Source of the DNA: the human T2T-CHM13v2.0 reference genome, Homo sapiens
DNA length: 64,000 bases
Assembly (NCBI RefSeq): GCF_009914755.1
Contig: NC_060930.1
Reading direction: 5' to 3' (one strand)
The notes under the pieces are model-generated. The model worked only from the letters and a program-made list of their open reading frames with translations, searched no databases and was not told the origin of the DNA. Position numbers and translations under genes: made by a program. Positions 58,050 to 64,000 of this stretch are shown piece by piece (positions within the stretch are counted from its first letter, which is position 1; each line of letters opens with the position of its first letter).

Positions 58050-60292
58050 CGCATCCATGTCCCAGACCTGTTGACTGCCCTGCCTTTCCTATCCCTCAAC
58101 CACACCACTAGGAAATGCTGTTTGTAGAAAGGCTTCCTACAGAAGGGTCCTAGATTAAATGTAGAAGTAAAACAAACTGGAGGTACAGACAGAGGTTTTG
58201 ACTGAGAATCCTATGTGTACCTTGATTGTCAGGGTTTTAAAGGGGGACCCATAGGGTAAGCAAAAAAGACAAGATCAATCTATTTGGCAATTCCAGAGAC
58301 TCCAGAAACAAAAGTGGCCAGCAATGTTTCCCATAAATGTGAAACAGTCTACTGCAAGAGTTAAAATAACTGGTAATGGTAACAAACAGCCATCATTTAT
58401 CATTGAAAAATTATTTGCCATCTGCCTGCCATTAAAAGTCTCACTATGGATGAAGCAGTTACCGTATAACAGAAAGGGCACCAGATTAATGTAAGAGGTT
58501 CTTGACTGTAGTGGGAGGTCCTAGGTAAGACACCACTTCTCTGCAATTCATTATCTTTATTTACATTATCTTCATTTATAAACTGAAAATAATACCAACA
58601 TTTCACAGAGTTGCTGGAATCATCAGACTATAAAGGAAAGTTCTTAGTGCTGTGAATGGCACATTATACACATTAAGTTTATAAATGTGAATCAATAACA
58701 TATATAATTATCTCAAAATTAACTGAGAATAATAAACTGTATGTTTATGATGGCATATACAAAACCAAAGCTTCTCCCTCCTATGTGACATTTTATCTTA
58801 GGAAAAAACATGAAGAAATTTATTTAAAAGTCACAAGAAAGTAGTAGTATTTATTCAATGGGTGGATGGGTTGAGAAGAAGACAGGATTGAGAGGGTAAA
58901 AAACAAACCAAATGTAGGGTCTGTCTAAATCATCTGTGTATGTGACTCTAGGTAAATCACTTCTCAAGATTATGCCTCAAATTCCATATCTATAATGAGG
59001 AATTATAATATTTATTTCATACACTTCCCAAATGATACAATTAAACTAGCTCTTTGGAAGCAGAGCTCTACATAAGAGCCACCTGGCATTACTACTGGCC
59101 AGAACTACACTGCATCAGGCCAGCAGCTCACCAACACTTTGAATATACTTACTGGAATCTTTCATTCACAAAGTTGTAATTTTCATATGTGGAAAAAAAT
59201 CTTAGTGCTTCAATTTAGGTTTCACAAATCACTCAAACAGCACTGTCAAAAACTAGCCATGTGTTCTAGGAGGAGGTAAGGTTTCACAGGAGAAACTAAT
59301 AGTACATGGAACTCCAATCCAAGTCACCCTCTCCTTTATCACAGAGATCACAGCTTCCACTCAACATTCCTTGCCTACTTTAGTCACATTAATAATTTCT
59401 TCCTTCTCTGAACTCCCATAAGGTAACAGAATCCACCAAACAATTCAGCAATTCACAACTAAATAGTGTTTTTCTTTCTTACTAAAAACAGACAAAAAAA
59501 ACAGTTCATTAAAAGCATGGGAAATAAGTGTTATAGAAAAAGAAAGTAACCCTGAAATTCCCAGTAAAATTTAGCATTACATGTGAGTAACTATCAAAGT
59601 GAAACCTGTTAAAAACACTGCATCAAAAACCAAAAACTCGTATTATTTCAACATATGAGAGACCCAACTTTTAAGACTGACATGCTACGAGCAATGTATT
59701 TGACATATATGTATGTGTATGTGGGAAATGTAATATGTACAAAGGTGGAACATACTGCTATGGACATGGAAGAGTAAAAATTTAGAAAACCCATTAACAG
59801 GGCTGGTTCATTTTATATACTGATATGAACTGATCTCTTAGATACACTGTTAATTAAAAAATGCAAGGTACAAAAACAGTATGTATAGCCTGCATCCTTT
59901 GTTTTATATTTTCCTTTTTAAAAGGAGAAAATCATATATATATATATGCACATATGTATTCAAAAAATGTAGGGGAAAGTTAGTACCAATAGGTGATAAT
60001 GGTTACCCTGGAAGAGAAATTAGATAGATGAGGAGCAGGAATGAATGAGACTTTTATCTACCTTTCCATGGACCTTTTCTATTTTGCATCATATGACAAC
60101 TAAAACAAACAAAAAAAATTTAAGTTGTGCACCTAAAAGACTCAAAACACCATAAAGTCAAAATAATTACTTTGGAAACATATCATGTCTGCAGTGGGTA
60201 ATTATTAGTAATTTATAATATAGTCAAACATAGAAAATATAATTTTTCATCAGTTTAAAATACACGCACAGGTGCACACATGCATGTGTGTG

Positions 60293-60312
60293 CACACACA
60301 CACACACACACA
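60293..60312. repeat. (CA)n microsatellite
   Basis: Direct reading. Confidence 0.85.
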
Positions 60313-60461
60313 CTCTACCTCAGATTCTAGATAGCAGGTTTGTAAAATTACAAATGGCAGGAGTTACATCAATTAATATTTCTCCTAATTAACAGCACTC
60401 AATAAAAGGCTCATACAAGCATGAAAAGCATAACAAAAACAAGGCCGGGCGCAGTGGCTCA

Positions 60462-61035
<574 letters not shown>

Positions 61036-62195
61036 TCAAATACCTCTGGTAACAACCCCATGAGGTACTATCCATTTTCTTAATGAGAAAACAGAAGTTT
61101 AGAGAAGTATAGAAGTTGTTGGCAAGGGTCAGAGCCAGGATTTTAGAGAGACAGTCCAACTGCAGTGAACAGATAAATATACACTTACTGACTGTATTAT
61201 ACAAGTTCACAATCCTTTTTACTCAAAATTCAAAAACATCCTGGAAAGTGAAAGTTGTGTTCCTAAGTTTGTTGTTAAAATTAATTTGGCAGTAACACCA
61301 AACCTAATGGTAGGTTATGACCTTTTTTTATCCACTTAGTATGAATATTCATTTGTTTCACTGCAGAAATACTTTTGTGACAGATTATGGAATGCTGACC
61401 CAGAAAGGTATTACATAATCACAGATGTAATGTGTATGTGTGTATGCATATATACAGTATTACCTTTCTGAATTCTGAAAAATTCTGAATTAGGAAGCCT
61501 AGTTATTCTCAAGGGTTTTAGATAATGAACTGTGAGACTGTAATACCAAGCTCTGTGCTACACAAGAATCCTTCCTGTCAGTAACTTCACAATTCTAAAT
61601 CCCTGTTTCTGACACTGACAGTTACATATTTCAACTCAGTACTGACCAATTTTCTTTTACATTCCTGGAAACTTATTCTTACTAGAGATAATCCAAAGAG
61701 AAGCAGATAAAATAGTTATAATCATATTTATTACATGTCAATAATTAAATGAATTATAAAATCCATGAAGATATAGACAAAGCTTGATTCGTCTTTGTAA
61801 CTACATCATTTAGAACATCATATGGCATGGTATCTAAAACGTAGGCAATCAGTGTACGTTTCATGAATCTGACTGATTATTTTCAGGCAGGTATAATTCT
61901 ATCACCATGCTATATCCCCAAAGAGAAAGCTCTGAAGATCACTTTTTCAGGAGGATAGTATTTGCAAATACTCAATTTACTTACACCTAAATAATAGTTA
62001 ATAAATCTCTTCAAAATTGAGAAACTGATTCAAAAATAAATATTCAAAAGTCAAAAACAGCTATGACAATCTTCAAAAACAACAAAGTTGGAAGACTCAC
62101 AGTTATCAAGACATTTATAAACCTATAGTGATTAACACAATGTAACAGTGGTATATGAATAGACAAATAGATCAGTGCAACAGTATAGCGTCTAG

Positions 62196-62602
<407 letters not shown>

Positions 62603-62962
62603 TGAGCCACCACGCCTGGCCAGGACAACCTTTTAAATAAATGGTGCTGTCACGTGGCAATCCAATGTATGAAAAACGAAACAATGTAATACAATACACC
62701 AAAAGCAAATTACAGAATTGAATGGGAAACAATTTCACAACAAAGCTTCTAAAAATAATACAGGAGAATATCCTCATGTCTTTGAAGTAGGAAAATATTT
62801 TTTAAATAGGCCACTAAAAAGGAAGAAAAATACTGACAACCTGAACCATTAAAATTAGAAATTTGTTTATAAAAAGACACCATTAAGAAAGGAAAAAGGC
62901 ATGCCTGTGGTCCCAGTTATGCAGGAGCTAAAATTGGAGAATCACTTGAGCCCATGAGCTCA

Positions 62963-63454
<492 letters not shown>

Positions 63455-64000
63455 TCAAAACATGGGCAGTCATTAGTCTATGTGCTACAAATGAAATTTT
63501 ATTTGTGAGAAAATAAATAATAGATTCTATAGTGTCAATGATAGAATGCTAGTGCAGGTCTACAAGTTTTCACAGCAAACCAAAGGTAAAGGTCTTTCTG
63601 CTGGCACCAATGTACCTTGTAAGTATCATTTCTGGTACATCTGACACAGTGCCTACATATAACTTTATGGTCTATCTTCCCCAACCCTCCATGATTCATC
63701 TTGTATCCCTAGGCCTTATTGCTGTGTCTGAAAACATAAAAGGTATTCCATAAATGCTTTGTAATAATTAGAACTTAGAATGAGCTACTACTGGATACAT
63801 ATGAGTCCAAAGTTGCATTAAAAAAGAGCATACCATAGCACAGTGTAAACTCAATGGGAACAGAATCAGACATATCTGAGTTCAAATCCCAGCTATGACA
63901 TTCATTCACTAGGTGTGTGATTTTGAACAAGTCACATTAGCATTATGTGTCTCAGTTAACTTATTTGGAAAAGGGGATGGTCCCTATCTTACAGAACTGT

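Overview
Human/great-ape genomic DNA recognisable as the ZC3H12D-PPIL4 interval (human 6q25.1), very rich in Alu, L1, LTR and DNA-transposon relics. Minus strand: the 5' half of ZC3H12D (Regnase-4/MCPIP4; probable non-coding exon 1 at ~24529-24730, coding exons 13946-14320 and 1560-1699) and the last four coding exons of PPIL4, which include a clear U12-type (minor spliceosome) intron. The intergenic region holds a near-intact processed CCDC59 (TAP26) pseudogene at the centre of a four-level nest (MLT1C LTR > AluJ > CCDC59 retrocopy > AluY, with the same 16-bp target duplicated twice). A U7 snRNA retrocopy lies in a PPIL4 intron. The least explained signal is a chain of non-repeat, splice-site-bounded exon-sized blocks on the + strand (27158-33772), head-to-head with ZC3H12D; it looks like a decayed multi-exon protein-coding gene (unitary pseudogene) or a spliced divergent RNA, and I cannot name it. 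Most ORFs in the supplied track are Alu artefacts. Gene and repeat names come from memory, not database searches; repeat boundaries are approximate.
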